NCBI GenBank assembly: GCA_053919585.1
Contig: CM132812.1
Reading direction: 5' to 3' (one strand)
Source: Euprymna scolopes
Lineage: Eukaryota
DNA length: 64,000 nucleotides
The translations under genes were made by a program, and so were the position numbers. Positions 37,088 to 50,781 of this stretch are shown here, one piece after another (position 1 is the first letter of the stretch; the number at the start of each line of letters is the position of its first letter). The notes under the pieces were generated by a model. That model made no database searches and had not been told where the DNA came from. It worked only from the letters and a program-made list of their open reading frames with translations.

Positions 37088-37481
37088 CGTGTGTACATTT
37101 CCCTACCAAACTACTCATTCGATTTTTAGTCTACAGACTTGAGATTTGGGAATCTTTTTAATTGTTTCTCGGACAAAAATTTGGCTGTCAAAGGGTCAAA
37201 GTTAAAAGATTTGACGTTTGAAAACTCTACCAAACTCCTCCGTCAATTTTGGATGTAAACCCTCGAAATTTTCAGTTTAGGTTACTTGCACATGAATCCG
37301 ACTTTTTAATTCGATTTGAGCCTAAAACAATAAATGTTAAGAGGTAAAAATTGGGGGCAAATTTAAAAAAAATTACCTCTGCCGTCTACCAAATTACTCA
37401 GCCAATTTTTGTCTAAACATTTGCAATATTACATAAAAGGGTAATCACACAGTTATAAGCAAAGCCGGGATAAATTACTAG
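37058..37481 (+). mobile_element. Non-autonomous Helitron-like element
   Basis: 5' aagtgaaaatgtctg...(ctgt) repeats, a body shared with 62461-63286, and 3' gcaaagccggg...CTAG followed by T. Confidence 0.7.
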
Positions 37482-37489
37482 TATATATA

Positions 37490-37598
37490 GATAATTATTT
37501 ACTATAATATGTATTACATACCTACAGACACTAGTTTAACCGTGTCACTCTTCACTGATGATTCCTTTCGGGAATCATCAGTGCAGGGTGACACGATT
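37490..37598 (-). mobile_element. Hammerhead-containing short repeat disrupted by an internal inverted duplication
   Basis: Minus strand: aatcgtgtcaccctgca-CTGATGA-ttcccgaaagga[inverted copy]aaactagtGTCtgtagg...atattatagtaaataattat. Same family as 58571-58654. Confidence 0.7.
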
Positions 37599-37757
37599 GT
37601 CGAACTCGAAAACAAAGTCATCTCTGACTCCATTAGCAAGGAACAAAGCATCTCGGTCAACGTTAACTGCAAAAAATATCGTTGAAATTAAAACATTTAA
37701 CTTTTAAATGTTATAACGTCTGCCTTAATGATCTTATGATTATAATATCATGATCTG

Positions 37758-37831
<74 letters not shown>

Positions 37832-38882
37832 TTGGATTTTATGATAGAGTAGAAGAGGTTACTTTTCATTTATTTAGGAATTTTAATTTAGAACGCCATT
37901 CCTAACAATCAGAAAAAGATTCCATATTAATTTTTTTAATATGAATTTTGTTCTTATTGTAAGAAGTATTGCTTTATATTTATCGAAACTGTTTTTTTTC
38001 TTATTTTCGTGTATGTATTATTTGTTATTGTCATGTTTCTGGCATTCTAGAACGTTAAAGTTTTAAAAGGTCAAGGGTTGTTGAGATCTAAAAGGTCAAG
38101 GGTTGTTGACTTTTATACTCTGTTATTTACAAGAAACAAATTGAGATGATTAATATTAATTTTAACTTTTGGTGCAATCAATCTCTTATATTTCATGCAC
38201 GGAACATTACCCTCCTCTGTTTGCTTGTTTCTAAATTATTATTTGGACTTTTTAAATCGAATTTTGCATTACAGCAAAGTTGTTGATCATCTTAACAAGA
38301 CAAATTATTTAAAAGTTATTCGTGTGAATTCTCAAGTGTTTATTGATTGTACGCAGAGATCTATTAATTTTCTACGTTTAGCTGGAAAGTAATGAAGTTG
38401 CGTGAAATTGTGTCGTGCGAGAACTCCTCGGGGAATCGCGCGATTTCGCAGACGATTGAGCCTTACACGCTGCGTCTTGCCTCGGGTGTCGGAAGTACAC
38501 ATACATTTTTCAAACTCCATGCGTGCACCCCGTTTCGCGAAGCGCAAAATATTTAATGATGGACAAAATCGAAAANNNNNNNNNNNNNNNNNNNNNNNNN
38601 NNNNNNNNNNNNNNNNNNNNNNNNNNNNNNNNNNNNNNNNNNNNNNNNNNNNNNNNNNNNNNNNNNNNNNNNNNNNNNNNNNNNNNNNNNNNNNNNNNNN
38701 NNNNNNNNNNNNNNNNNNAAGACAAGGTGTTGATGGCAACGAAAACACACACAGTATATTAATGCTCAATTATGAAATGTGATAATTTTGTAGCTTAATC
38801 CTTAAGTCAACCATTTTTGGCTTAAAACCTATTGGTATATGAAAATTTACTGAATTACACGAACTCAGTATATTACATATAA

Positions 38883-38935
<53 letters not shown>

Positions 38936-38984
38936 TATCAATTTATGTTTTCTTGTGTGCTGATATTAATATTAAAACCTCTTT

Positions 38985-39231
38985 TTACTCCATCCCATAA
39001 CCTTGAGCAACTAAGGGGCATAGGCCATCTACAACTTTTGTAGATGTTTTTGTATCGACTGAATTCTTTTTACGGGATGAGGGTGCTGGCCCCACGTCCA
39101 ACCTTCCCAGAACGTACATACAACGCCTAGCCTTCCCAAATGGTCACCAATCTGGTACTGGCCAGCGTCAACGTTACTTAAGTTCGGTGATATGGCGAGA
39201 ACCGGTGTGTCAATGTGATTGTGTCGTACCC
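38985..39231 (-). mobile_element. 5S-rRNA-derived SINE (SINE3-type) with RTE-like body and tail
   Basis: 39231-39116 aligns by eye to 5S rRNA (acaccggttctcg..atcaccgaa.ttaag.aacgt...agtac..gat.ggtgacc...tgggaa...g.gttgta). It is followed by ggttggacgtggggccagcaccctcatcccgtaaaaa and an RTE-like tail ggcctatgcccc. Confidence 0.75.
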
Positions 39232-39249
39232 CTTTTCCTATTAAATTAA

Positions 39250-39972
39250 AAGAAAATACAATTTTGTTATATATGGGTCGTAGAACTGAATTTATCTACA
39301 AACGATCTAGCTAATTTGCATTTTAGACATTCATTTTAATTAATTCCGTATTAGTTCTTTTTTTGTTTTCTGATGGAATGCTCATCTTTGGTTAACTATC
39401 ACATGTAAGTATTTCCATGCAGTTATTCTACATGGTTTATACTTGCGTACTATTTGCGTAAAAAGCTTATAGTAAACACTAACCTATGCCTATATATTTT
39501 TGTGCATGAGTATAAATATTTGTTTAAAACATTTTGCCTACCGAACTTCTCTGTCAGTTGTTGGTCTACATGAAACTTTAAAATATAGAGCGTATTTGAA
39601 CCCATGTAAAACTTTATATTTGGGTAAAATCCGTGCAAATGTGTACACATTAAAACAATAAAATTCGCCGGTGAAGGTCGAACGACGGTATTACGAATAT
39701 ACATGCGTAACGTAATAGCTATTGGTTCATTTTTGTTATTTTTATCCTTGCAGCAAACATGTCTTCATAGCTCAGGCATTAATGTCAGAGGAAAAAGTAA
39801 ATCGCAAGCTAAATGTTTCGGTTTCGATTTTTGGTGGTAAAGCACCAATCATATTTTAAAACTTTATAAATCATTACCTTATTGGGTCCAATAATAATAA
39901 ATGCGAAATATGCATTTATAAAAAATATATTTCAGCGTATATTACGACTGGACAATGCCGGACGACCTGCTA

Positions 39973-39973
<1 letters not shown>
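39250..39973 (+). mobile_element. Helitron-like non-autonomous element or composite
   Basis: 3' ctggacaatgccggacgacctgCTAG next to (TA)n. Segment 39250-39540 is repeated at about 61430-61720. Confidence 0.55.
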
Positions 39974-40045
<72 letters not shown>

Positions 40046-41327
40046 TTTCTCTTGCAATCCATTTTTTCTAATGTTTGAACATTCTGTCTGAGTGTAAAAA
40101 TAATTTGCCGTAGCTGGGAACTTTTTCGACTTCCATAAGTCGTTCTCAGACGAGTGATGAATTACAAATTATGTTGGTGAATATCTGGAAAAGACTATTT
40201 AAACTGTTTAAAATCATTAAAAGTACTAAAGCGTGCCTTCCCCTTCATATTTAGCCTGATCCATGGTAGTTTTTTTCACACGAATCAATGATTGGGAGGC
40301 ATTGATCCCAGTGTGAGACGGCTAAAATGGCTGTGTTTTTTTTTTAAATTAGTTTATTCTTAAATTCAGTTTTAGTGATGTCATGTGTTTTAAGGTATTG
40401 GTAAGTAGAGCTATTCGTTGGAAGATAGATGAATTTAGGAATATACTAATTAAAATCATGAATGGAAAAAAATAAACTCGTATGAAAAAACAAACAAAAT
40501 CTTACCCGTGACGAAAAGAAAAGGTCGTACAATAAAAAAAAAAATCACGTAAAATGATCGTATAGTTCTATTTACAAATAGAAATAAGGTACTTGTACAG
40601 AATTCTACTCATATAAGAAACAAAATCCTACTCGTGACAGAAAAAGAAGGTCATGCAAAAAGCATATATAAGTTAGAAAAGCTATATAAATAGTTGTTTT
40701 TTTTATATAAAATTTAAAAAAGAATATTCAAATTTTCTTTAAAAATGTATCTATTTACGAAAAACGCACCTTTTATACACGTTGCAAAATAACATATAAA
40801 ATTCAGTTTAAATTGAACCTAAAAATTACCTCGGATTTATTTTATATTATATAAATTTTGTTAAACTTTCTCAAAAAATATCTGTAAATAGTTAATTGCT
40901 AAATAATAAATTCATTTTTAAATGCAGCAGAAGGTACATTACACAAAATGAATCCAAGATAATTTCGGATTTAATTTAAATTAAATTTTTGTACCTTAAT
41001 TCTGACTTGAAATTAAAGGTACGCATAAAAATAAGTTTCCTAATATACATGCAGTAGATATTTGGTTTCCCTTACAAACAAACCGCGTTGCTTCCACGAC
41101 TACTGTTGCTACCAATTCACCGCTCTCGCGAAAAACGAAGTAACAAGTGAAACAGGGAAAATTACAAATGGAAGGGAGATAATTAGTGGATTTTATAGAA
41201 AGAAGACGAGTACCGTACACTATTATTACATATGTGTATGTTATATTTATGGGGGAAAATCATTTAAGTGAAATTACACAAATACCAAGTGAATTCACTG
41301 AAAGCCTGTCATAATCAATGATTACAA

Positions 41328-42512
41328 TAGTAGATAAAAGTGTGAAAAAAACCTAACATCTCAAGTAGATAAAAGTGTGAAAAAACAAACATCTCAAGTA
41401 GATAAAAGTGTGAAAAAACAAACATCCAAAGTAGATAAAAGTGTGAAAAAACAAACATCCTAAGTAGATAAAAGTGTGAAAAAACAAACATCTCAAGTAG
41501 GTAAAAGTATGAAAAACAAACATCTCAAGTAGATAAAATGTGAAAATAACAAACATCTAAAGTAGATAAAAGTGTGAAAAACACACATCTCAAGTAGATA
41601 AAAGTATGAAAAAACAAACATCTCAAGTAGATAAAAGTGTGAAAAAAAACTAACATCTCAAGTAGATAAAAGTATGAAAAAACAAACATCTCAAGTAGAT
41701 AAAAGTATGAAAACACAAACATCTCAAGTAGATAAAAGTGTGAAAAAACAAACATCTCAAGTAGATAAAAGTATGAAAAAACAAACATCTCAAGTAGATA
41801 AAAGTGTGAAAAACAATCATCTCAAGTAGATAAAAGTGTGAAAAAAACAATCATCTCATGTAGATAAACGTGTGAAAAACAAACATCTCAAGTAGATAAA
41901 AGTATGAAAAAGCAATCATTTCAAGTAGATAAAAGTGTTAAAAAAATCTCAAGTAGATAAAAGTGTGAAAAAACAAACATCTCAAGTAAATAAAAGTGTG
42001 AAAAACAGACATCTCAAGTAAATAAAAGTATGAAAAACAATCATATCAAGTAGATAAAAGTGTGAAAAAACAAACATCTCAAGTAAATAAAAGTGTGAAA
42101 AACAAACATCTCAAGTAGATAAAAGTATGAAAAACAATCATATCAAGTAGATAAAAGTGTGAAAAAACAATCATCTCAAGTAGATAAAAGTATGGAAAAA
42201 TAAACATCTCAAGTAGACAAACGTGCCAGAGAATCATCTCAAGTAGATAAAAGTGTGAAAAACAGACATCTCAAGTAGATAAATGTGTGAAAAAACAAAC
42301 ATCTCAAGTAGATAAAAGTGTTAAAAAACAAACATCTCAAGTAGATAAAAGTGTGAAAATACAAACATCTCAAGTAGATAAAAGTGTGAAAATACAAACA
42401 TCTCAAGTAGATAAAAGTCTGAAAAAACAAACATCTCAGGTAGATAAAGTGTGAAAAAACAGACATCTCATATAGATAAATATGTGAAAAACAACCATCT
42501 CAAGTAGATAAA
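41328..42512. repeat. Minisatellite, 33-bp consensus caagtagataaaagtgtgaaaaaacaaacatct, about 36 copies
   Basis: Direct reading. Units vary mainly in A-run length and there are no unique spacers. Confidence 0.97.
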
Positions 42513-43032
42513 ATTTTGAAAGAACCAAACTTTTCCACGAAGATAATCTGGGTTGAGGGTGAATACAAGATATTGAATACAACTTAACTAATTTCATTTT
42601 TAAGAGACAAGATCCAGCTGTTCTCCTTGAGGTTCCGGAAAACAGACAAGTTATTCCATTAAAGCCATGCACAGTTTGTTCGATGATCGTTGAACTTCAC
42701 TGTTTTAAAAGTCAATTACATGTTTCATTTATTGCTCGTACATGATTAAGCAAGGTCATGCAGATCTCGTTTTGATATCTGATGCTATTCTCTTTCTTTT
42801 CAAACTAACAATTAGACCAAAAGTAATGCTGTCATATTTGTCCGGATGAATTTCTGTCCTATTTGCATTTTTTTTATTTAATAATTTATAGAAACGTATA
42901 TGCGATTGTCCTCAGATTTTCCTCTTCTCTGCAACATGTTTCGCACAGACACGATGGTACTGGTTTCCCACTCTTTTTTATTAATACAACTTTCTAATTT
43001 CTAATTTCTAATTTCTGCTTTCTTTGTTCTAG

Positions 43033-46005
43033 TTTTTTTTTTACATTTTCACCCCAAAACAAAGCACATTGCCACTTTGGTGTAGGGGGCTACTATCAGG
43101 AGCAACAACTACTGGAGTACTATGTAGGGATTTGGGCAGCAAGATGTTGGTTCACGTTGCACTTGAACTTCTGCATGCCAGTACAGTTAGTGAAGCAGAT
43201 ACCTGAAATGGAATTCCAAAGTCTAGCGGTTCTGGGAAAGAAACTACTGGAGTAGAAAGATCTTTTACATCTAGGGATCTCTACTGTGTGGGGGTGGGAT
43301 TTTACAGCCTGTCGGGTCTGTCGAGGCTGTTCACGTCGTGGGGGCACAAGTGCTTGCAGTTCATCAGAGCATTCACCATTAAAATACTTGTAGAACAGGC
43401 AGAGAGATGCAACGTTTCGTCGATCGGACAGAGGCTGAAGCTTAGATGCCAGTTTAGGGCCTATCAGATTTGCGACACTCTTTTGAACCTTGTCAAGGAG
43501 CGAGAGCCGATGCACCAGCCCAAATATGACAGCAATACTCCATACATGGACGAATGGTGGCCTTATAGAGGTACAGGATACTTTCGGGTGTTAGTAGTTT
43601 TTTAGCACGGTAGAGAGAGCCTACCTTTTTCGCAGTGGCACTGGCAATGTTTTCAATATAATTGTTCCAACTCATGTTTCCTGTGAACGTTAGGCCAAGC
43701 AGTTTGAAAGATATACTCTCGGACAGGGAGTCACTGGCCATTGCTATTGGTGGCAGAGAAGATTTCTTGTAATTATTGAATGAAACTAGTTTATTCTGGG
43801 CGGCATTGAACGTGACTATCCATTTTTGCCCCATTCCACTACTGATTGGAGGTCATCCTCCAGTGTTTCTGCCATTTCTTTAGATATATGTTCATTTGTT
43901 TTCCTGTCGTGCTTGTTATAGAGTGTGGTGTCATCAGCATATATACCCATCTCAGAGGCAATTTTGTCGGGGAGGTCATTTATGAATATCAGGAACAGTA
44001 GAGGTCCAAGGTTAGACCCCTGGGCCACTCCCGCATTTATATCATATTGTTTAGATGTACGCCCGTCGAGGACAACCTGGATTTTCTCTTATCTAAGAAG
44101 GATTTAATTATGCTAAGTATTCTACCAGTGATACCGTATGATCTAATCTTCCTGAGGAGACCCTCATGCCATACCCTGTCAAAAGCCTTAGATATATCTG
44201 GAGCTACCGCTCTGCCCTCCCCCGCATTGTCCAGTGAATGGTATATACGTTCAGAGATCACAGTTAGGATGTCTGCTGTGGAACGGGCTTGTTTAAATCC
44301 ATATTGTTTGTCAGTCAGAAGTTTAGCATCTGTATGGTTATGGACTAGAGCATGGTTAATTAAGGTCTCAAATATTTTGGCGAAAAGTGGGAGTAGGCTA
44401 ATGGGGCGATAATTTAATGGGTCAGTTCTTTCGCCAGAATTCTTGAATACTGGTACCACAGAAGCAGTTTTCCAACAGCCCGAAAAGCAAGATTCATCAA
44501 GGAATTTGTTGTAGAGTTTGGAAAGAACCGGCGCTACTTCGGCGGAGCACTTTTTTAATAGCACAGCTGCGATGAGATCGGGTCCACATACTGTTGAAGT
44601 GTCAAGGTTTTTTATGATAGCATTCACCTGAGCAGGGGTGATTTTCAGATCCTCTAACGTGGCGTCTGTCCGCATATGAAATTCAGGTCGACGGTCGTTG
44701 GAAGGGTCCTGTGTGGTGTTTTAGGCAAACCGACTGGCAAGCATGTTAGCCTTGTCGGTTGCTGAGCAAACAACCTCGTGTTTATTGGTTAGTGGGGGAA
44801 TTGTTGATTGTCCACTATTTACTACACTGTTGTAGATTTTCCAGAAGTCACGAGTTCCTAGTGTATGTGCTTCGATACGTTTTTTAGTGGTTTCAGTAAA
44901 TTCTCTCTTAGCTTTCGCTATTTCTTTCTTAACGTTACTTCTAGCTTCTATGTACTTTTGTCTGTTTGGACTGGACTTATGTCGGTTAAATCTGCGGTAT
45001 GCATGCTGCCTTTGAGCAATGGCAGTTGCGCAAGTCGAAGTAAACCACTGGAGAGAGTGGGGCTTGCTATAGAATTTCCGCATGGGAACATGCTCTTCGA
45101 TTGCAGTTTTTAACCATTCAGTGGTCTCGTTTGCACACTGTTCAGCAGGAAGAGAAAAATATTTCCCCATGGTGCATCTCTGATAAGATCTCTGATGGCT
45201 TCCCAGTCAGCCTTTTTATAATATCTCGTTGTTTTGAGCACTGGCTCTTCAGTGTTGGCTCTAGAGTTTAGGGCGATTTCAACCATTATTACCGCATGAT
45301 CAGCGTTCCCAAGTGGGCTGTCGGCATTCGTTGTACAATCATCAGGAACTGTGGTCAAAAACAGATCTAAAAGTGATCTAAAAGTGATGCGTGTTGTCTT
45401 CCTGGTCAGGGAAACGGGTTGGAAAAGTAACAATTTGTGATAGGGAGTGAGATATCGAGCAGCTATGAGTAGTGCTGCCCGCTGCATCTGTGTAAGTAGA
45501 GAATCCAAGCCAGTTGTTTTGATGGACATTAAAGTCACTAAATACATGTACTTGTGCGCTAGTGTCGAGGGAGAGTGCTGTGTCTATGCTGTCAGATACT
45601 TTGTTTATTATGGTGCAGTCTTGGGTCGAGGGAGAGCGGGAGAGAAAGTAAAAGTAGCTAATGTTGTGTTGCATAATTAGTCTAAAGCACATAAAGGATT
45701 GATCATACGATTCTAGGTTTGTTTCTCTAGTCAAGGGAAGGGTATTACGAATCTAAACTCCAAGTCCCTGCATGTGTCTGTCAGAGTCCTTACGGCAGAG
45801 TGGGAGATATCCAGGCATGTTAAAGTAGTTAGAGGGGATAAAGGAGTGTAGGTTAGTATTTGTTAGGAGAAATGCTTCAACATCAGCTAAATTAGTTCTA
45901 AGCCCACGGATATTTGTGAATGCAAGCCTCAAGGGAGGAGGCAAGTTGAATTTGTTTGACCCTAAGCCTGGTTTAAGCTTATTTTTAGATTGTACTGTCA
46001 TATTT
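43033..46005 (-). mobile_element. CR1-group LINE family B, full-length but multiply frameshifted ORF2 (5' region may extend to about 47.8 kb)
   Basis: Endonuclease motifs (FTNIRGLRTN, SDFNVH, LDLFLT, NADH) and RT motifs (YRPISLL, QYGF, DISKAFDRVWH, AQGSNLGP, YADD) spread over several frames. PolyA at 43033-43042. Confidence 0.95.
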
Positions 46006-49000
46006 TTAACGAGTTTTAGTTAGGTAAGGGAGAGCTGTACAGGAGGTTATGCAGGGTTGGGTGTGTCGGGAGTTGGGAAACGGCGTTCATTGCCCTAGAC
46101 AAGAAACAAGATCTACCACTGGATGTTTCTGTCGAATCACTGAGATAGTGTCTCTGAACTTGACTAATAGGCAAAGAAGGAGTATGGAAGCCGGGCGATA
46201 GACAGAACCTATTTACTCCTTAATCAATTTAGGTTTGCAAACCGGTAATTTGTTTGAGTCACCAGCTCTAGGAAGGTTGTCATACAAGACTGAAGACACC
46301 TCCCTCCCCCTGGTTTAGTTTCAGAGTTTTCCTTCTCCTAGACGGATGATCTGGAAAGATCTACTGTGTCCGTCAGCACTGAGAGGGTTTGCTCAGCACC
46401 TGGGCTCTAATTCAGGTATTTCTATGACCCCGCGTGGTTAGTTAATGTTACTGGGTTAGTTTGTAGAGGTTATATATCTGCTGAATAGTTACACTCCTCA
46501 AAGTGAATTAGGGGCATTACTATTTCATTGTTACTGGATAAAGTGGGTGAGTAGATCTCTTGCGTAGTAAGCAACTATGGTTGTAAGAAGGCTTGTTAGA
46601 AAGGAGATAATGTGGTTTGAGGCTTTCCCTTTATATATTTTTTTAATTTATTCATGTTAGCTTTGGTCAAGGATAACATTAAAGTGTGAGTAGGTGTTAA
46701 GCATTGAACTACAAGTTGTGCCCCAACTATATTTTAGATGCCAGAAGGGCTTGAGATGCGAGTGGAATATAGTACGGATAAAACAGTAAGTTTTCAGTCA
46801 TGTGTAATTAGGCAAATGGATATATCGGCAAGTGTTTAGTGGATGCGAATAAAGTTGAAGGTGCAAAGTGTGTTTCTATTATTAAGGGAAGATAATTTCA
46901 GCGTTCAAGTAAGAGTCATGGACATTTAGCATAACAAGTAGCATTAGTTCAGTTTCGTATTAAACGTTGAAAAGCTATCTAGGAGGAGACATAGTTGTGT
47001 AATGCAGTGCGCTTTGCTTCCGAGTACATACTTTGGCTGTTAAATACCTAACTGGAATAGGAATGAACCTCAATTAATGTCTAAGAGGTAGAAATGTATA
47101 GATGTTTAGTGATTACTAAGCAGTTAGCATGTGAAGGTTAGGGGATGGAAGTTAAAGATTCCATTACAAATGCTGTGCAATGTAGGAGCTAAGTGGCGGT
47201 TTGGTGGGAAGGACCAGATTGTTAGCGTTCAAGAGACGGGTTACTAACTTACAAATAACAGATCTCCATTAGGATTTAGAGTTTCAGGTAAGGCTTTTTT
47301 TGCGCATGCAGGCTAGACAGAGGTAGTCGTCTTGGAGGTAAAATGTATATTGGGATTTCGTAGCTAGCCGTTAGGTGTTTTTTTTTCCAGTTACAAGAAC
47401 TAGTTCATGACGATTCGGAATTCGTATTCTGTATTTATAGGCAGACACTACGGTCACGCACAGAGCATAGCATCCACTCAGGAAAAATATCCCTAGTATC
47501 ACAGCTAAGATACTGCATATTTCAGTTACAAATATAGTGAAAGTTAAATTGGGGGGCATTTTTTTTTTTGCATCTTACGATGGCAGTTCATTTGACTCGT
47601 TGATCATGTGTTCTCCCACGACTTGCTGTATTGATGCTTACTTGTAATAAAGCTTCCTATTGGAGTAATTTCTTTCTACAGAACAGAAGGCTTGTTAAAT
47701 TCTTTTCTGCTGATTGTTGTCCTCCTAGCTAGAGCCTTGGTCTTTCAGGACTAATCCCAATAGTCGCCCTCTTTATTTCGAATAATAATCATTTATTCGT
47801 ACTTAGCTCCTTACTTTCCTGTCTGTAGCGATTTCAATGGAAAAAGTAAATAATTAATATCATTATTTAATATACACATAACACTTTGCTGTTTTAAAGC
47901 CTCATTTTATTACAACTGACCAATGTAGTAGCTTATTTTCAAGAACATTATACCAGTAGGATTCTCTTCTTGCTGTCTGTTGTCCAATAACTTATAGACT
48001 TCTCCTTCTCAACACCAAGGTCAATAGGGTTTTCTTGACTTTATTTTCATTAAAAAAGATGAAGCGGCTGACTCATTACAGATTGTTGACCACGTACATA
48101 TAGATGCCATAAACTATACAAAGGTCGTCCTAACACTACTTCACAGCAGACCAGTAGACAGTAACCAGACCCAAACAGTTCGACTCAGAAAGTGTCATAA
48201 AGTTTACAGAGGGTTCAGGCTTACATCTATGATGCATAAATTTTGCCAAGTTATCAGTCAAATCTGTGGACATGACAATGACAATTTACAAGCGCAATGC
48301 AAAAATTGTGCGATTTTACCAACGTTGCCAGCCAGTGTTATTAATTATAAATGAAGATACGAAGCAAAAACTTTTGAAAAGCAGTGTAAACTGATAGAAA
48401 TTGTCTAACACGCCTCGGTCGATGTAACCACATGCGTATTTATTTATTAAACCCAAACTTGTTTTATTTACAGATCAGCAAAATAGTTTATATTTTCTCC
48501 ATCTCTCACGAAGACAAGAAGAGTTTTATAATACCAAATAATGGCGTTTATTTCTCAAAATCTATTTTTCTTGTTACAGAGGTTTCAATTAATCTGCAAT
48601 ATTTCCTTTTTTTTCCATCCACCAAGTTTAATCTGATTCGTGAATACCATATTTAAATATTTATGTATTTGTATCATGCAGTCTTATTATTCATATAATT
48701 TATTATTTTCACAGTGTAACCTCAAACTTTCTGAAGATGAATAATAATTATTTATTAATAATAATTAACAAATAAGCAAATACACATATGCACAAGTATA
48801 AAGTAGAAAATAAGGGGAACACATCTCAATTAAAACTAGATCACTTACCAACTCAAAGAAAAGACAAAATCCAGCCCATGGCAAAAAAGAACAAAACATA
48901 AGTAAATTAAAGGTCAAACGAACCTATGTTTGATAGACGCGCCCATTAGCTGCGATAAATGAGAATGTGAAAAAGAAACTTACGAGCAAAACTAGATAAC

Positions 49001-49098
49001 GAGAATATTAAAATACGAAGTAACATCGATTCCATGCAATGACCTGGAGAATCTTCACGAGAAGGAAACCGGATATTCTGTATAGCTTTATTGTCTTA

Positions 49099-50460
49099 CT
49101 AGCATGGGTATCCAACGTTGCCTGCGTTGACATAAAGTTCTGTTTTAGACACACCGGTATACTAATTATATTCATCACGGGCAACGTGGATACCCCCACA
49201 ACAAAAATAGAAGAACGGATGAAAACATGTAAATGTAATCGCCCTAAAAAAGAAGTATGTGATACCTCTCCACCAGATATTTCGGCAGAACGGCTACAAA
49301 GAGAAGAAATTATTCTCCGGATATTAAGCACTGGACCCCCCCCCAAGAAAAGCTAATTAAACATAAATCATTACAACTTTTGTTTCAATAAAAATAGCAG
49401 TGAATGCCCGTGCAATCGAAAAAAAAAGATCTACCAAAAATTAATTCCAAAAACAATTAAATTACATTTTTCGTCATTTTATATTTCTAATGTAATCATC
49501 CCCCTAACAAAAAATTGCATTTGTCCTTTTTGAGGGTTCGTTCTGTTTATAAAATTGTTAGGTGAAAGTATATAATGGTTTCATAAAAATTAATTAAATT
49601 TATCGTTATTTTATGTTTAAAATGTAATTCCCGCCCCCCCCCCACCACCACCACCACAAAAAAACTAAAAATGTTTGTATTTGCCATATTTTATCCCCTC
49701 CCCTCGACCGCCAAATTTGAAAAAATGCTAGAGATGACATGTCTGGTTGAACGCTTTGTGGCCAAAATGTGGGGTCTCATTTTACGTTAAATTTATATAG
49801 AAAAGTTATTCCCCATGCTAAAATGTTAATTTTTTTTCAAAATTTCTTCCTCCATATTATTTATAAAGGCTGCTTAAACGCATTAGGCCACAAAAAACAG
49901 GTCTTAATTTTTTGGTCAATGTCAAGTTCTGTTTACATTAGGAGGCGCTTAAATAAACTACAGAAGCACATGGTAAAATCTATACAAATTCTATAATTTA
50001 ATTCCCCCCCCAAAAAAATGAAAAACAAAAAAATATTTTTGTAAACCGATCGTGTAAGCTTAGTGATAGCATTATTTACGTCCTAATTTATGAAAAATAA
50101 ACGAATCTCTCAGTAAAAATCAACGCCGGTTTTCGGTGGTGCTGAAAACGAATATCGCAGTTAAATTTGTTTTATGATATGAAGAAATTATTAGGTGGTT
50201 AGAAAGTGGGTGCCCATTTTACGTTAAATTTATATAGGAAAGTGATCCCCCACTTTTGGAAAAAGTAATTTTACATATCATGAAAATACTTATCTGGCCC
50301 AAATTTAAATGTGATATTTTAGCACTATCGAAAACCATAAAAAGTCGTCATTTCCAAGTTTTTTGAGGAGTTGGAAAGAAACTTGAGATTGCCATTTTTT
50401 TCTAGGGGTTAAACGACGCTGGGTCACGTCGTAAAAATTGACCATTTTTAATTTAAGATA
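49099..50460 (-). mobile_element. Non-autonomous Helitron-like element, body type 2
   Basis: 3' end on minus is ggcaacgttggatacccatgCTAG. The body is shared with 60561-61250. Confidence 0.65.
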
Positions 50461-50781
50461 TTAAATAAATTATAAAGAAAATCTGTTTCGCAGGCAATTA
50501 AACACACTTTCTGTGATATAATTATTATAATAAATCCTGGCAACACCGATTAAATTTTATAAACAAAAAACAAAAACAGCAGAGAAGATTGATTTTGATC
50601 CCATGTATCTCTGACTAACTCTGCCTTCACCCATCATCTGAGATTGCCACGAAACATCACTGATAATGCTGTTATTTGCGCGGGAAATTTTTGTGGCAAA
50701 AGTTGCACCATCTCCAACCACACATCTCTTGATTCGGCAATGTTAAATACCAGTTACAAGTAAAGATTTCAGGACGACTTA

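Noticed and set aside
39116-39231. Functional 5S rRNA gene
   Set aside because: Too diverged, fused to a retroposon-like body, and not in an array.
41328-42512. CRISPR-like array
   Set aside because: Contiguous tandem units with no unique spacers, no cas genes, and a eukaryotic context.
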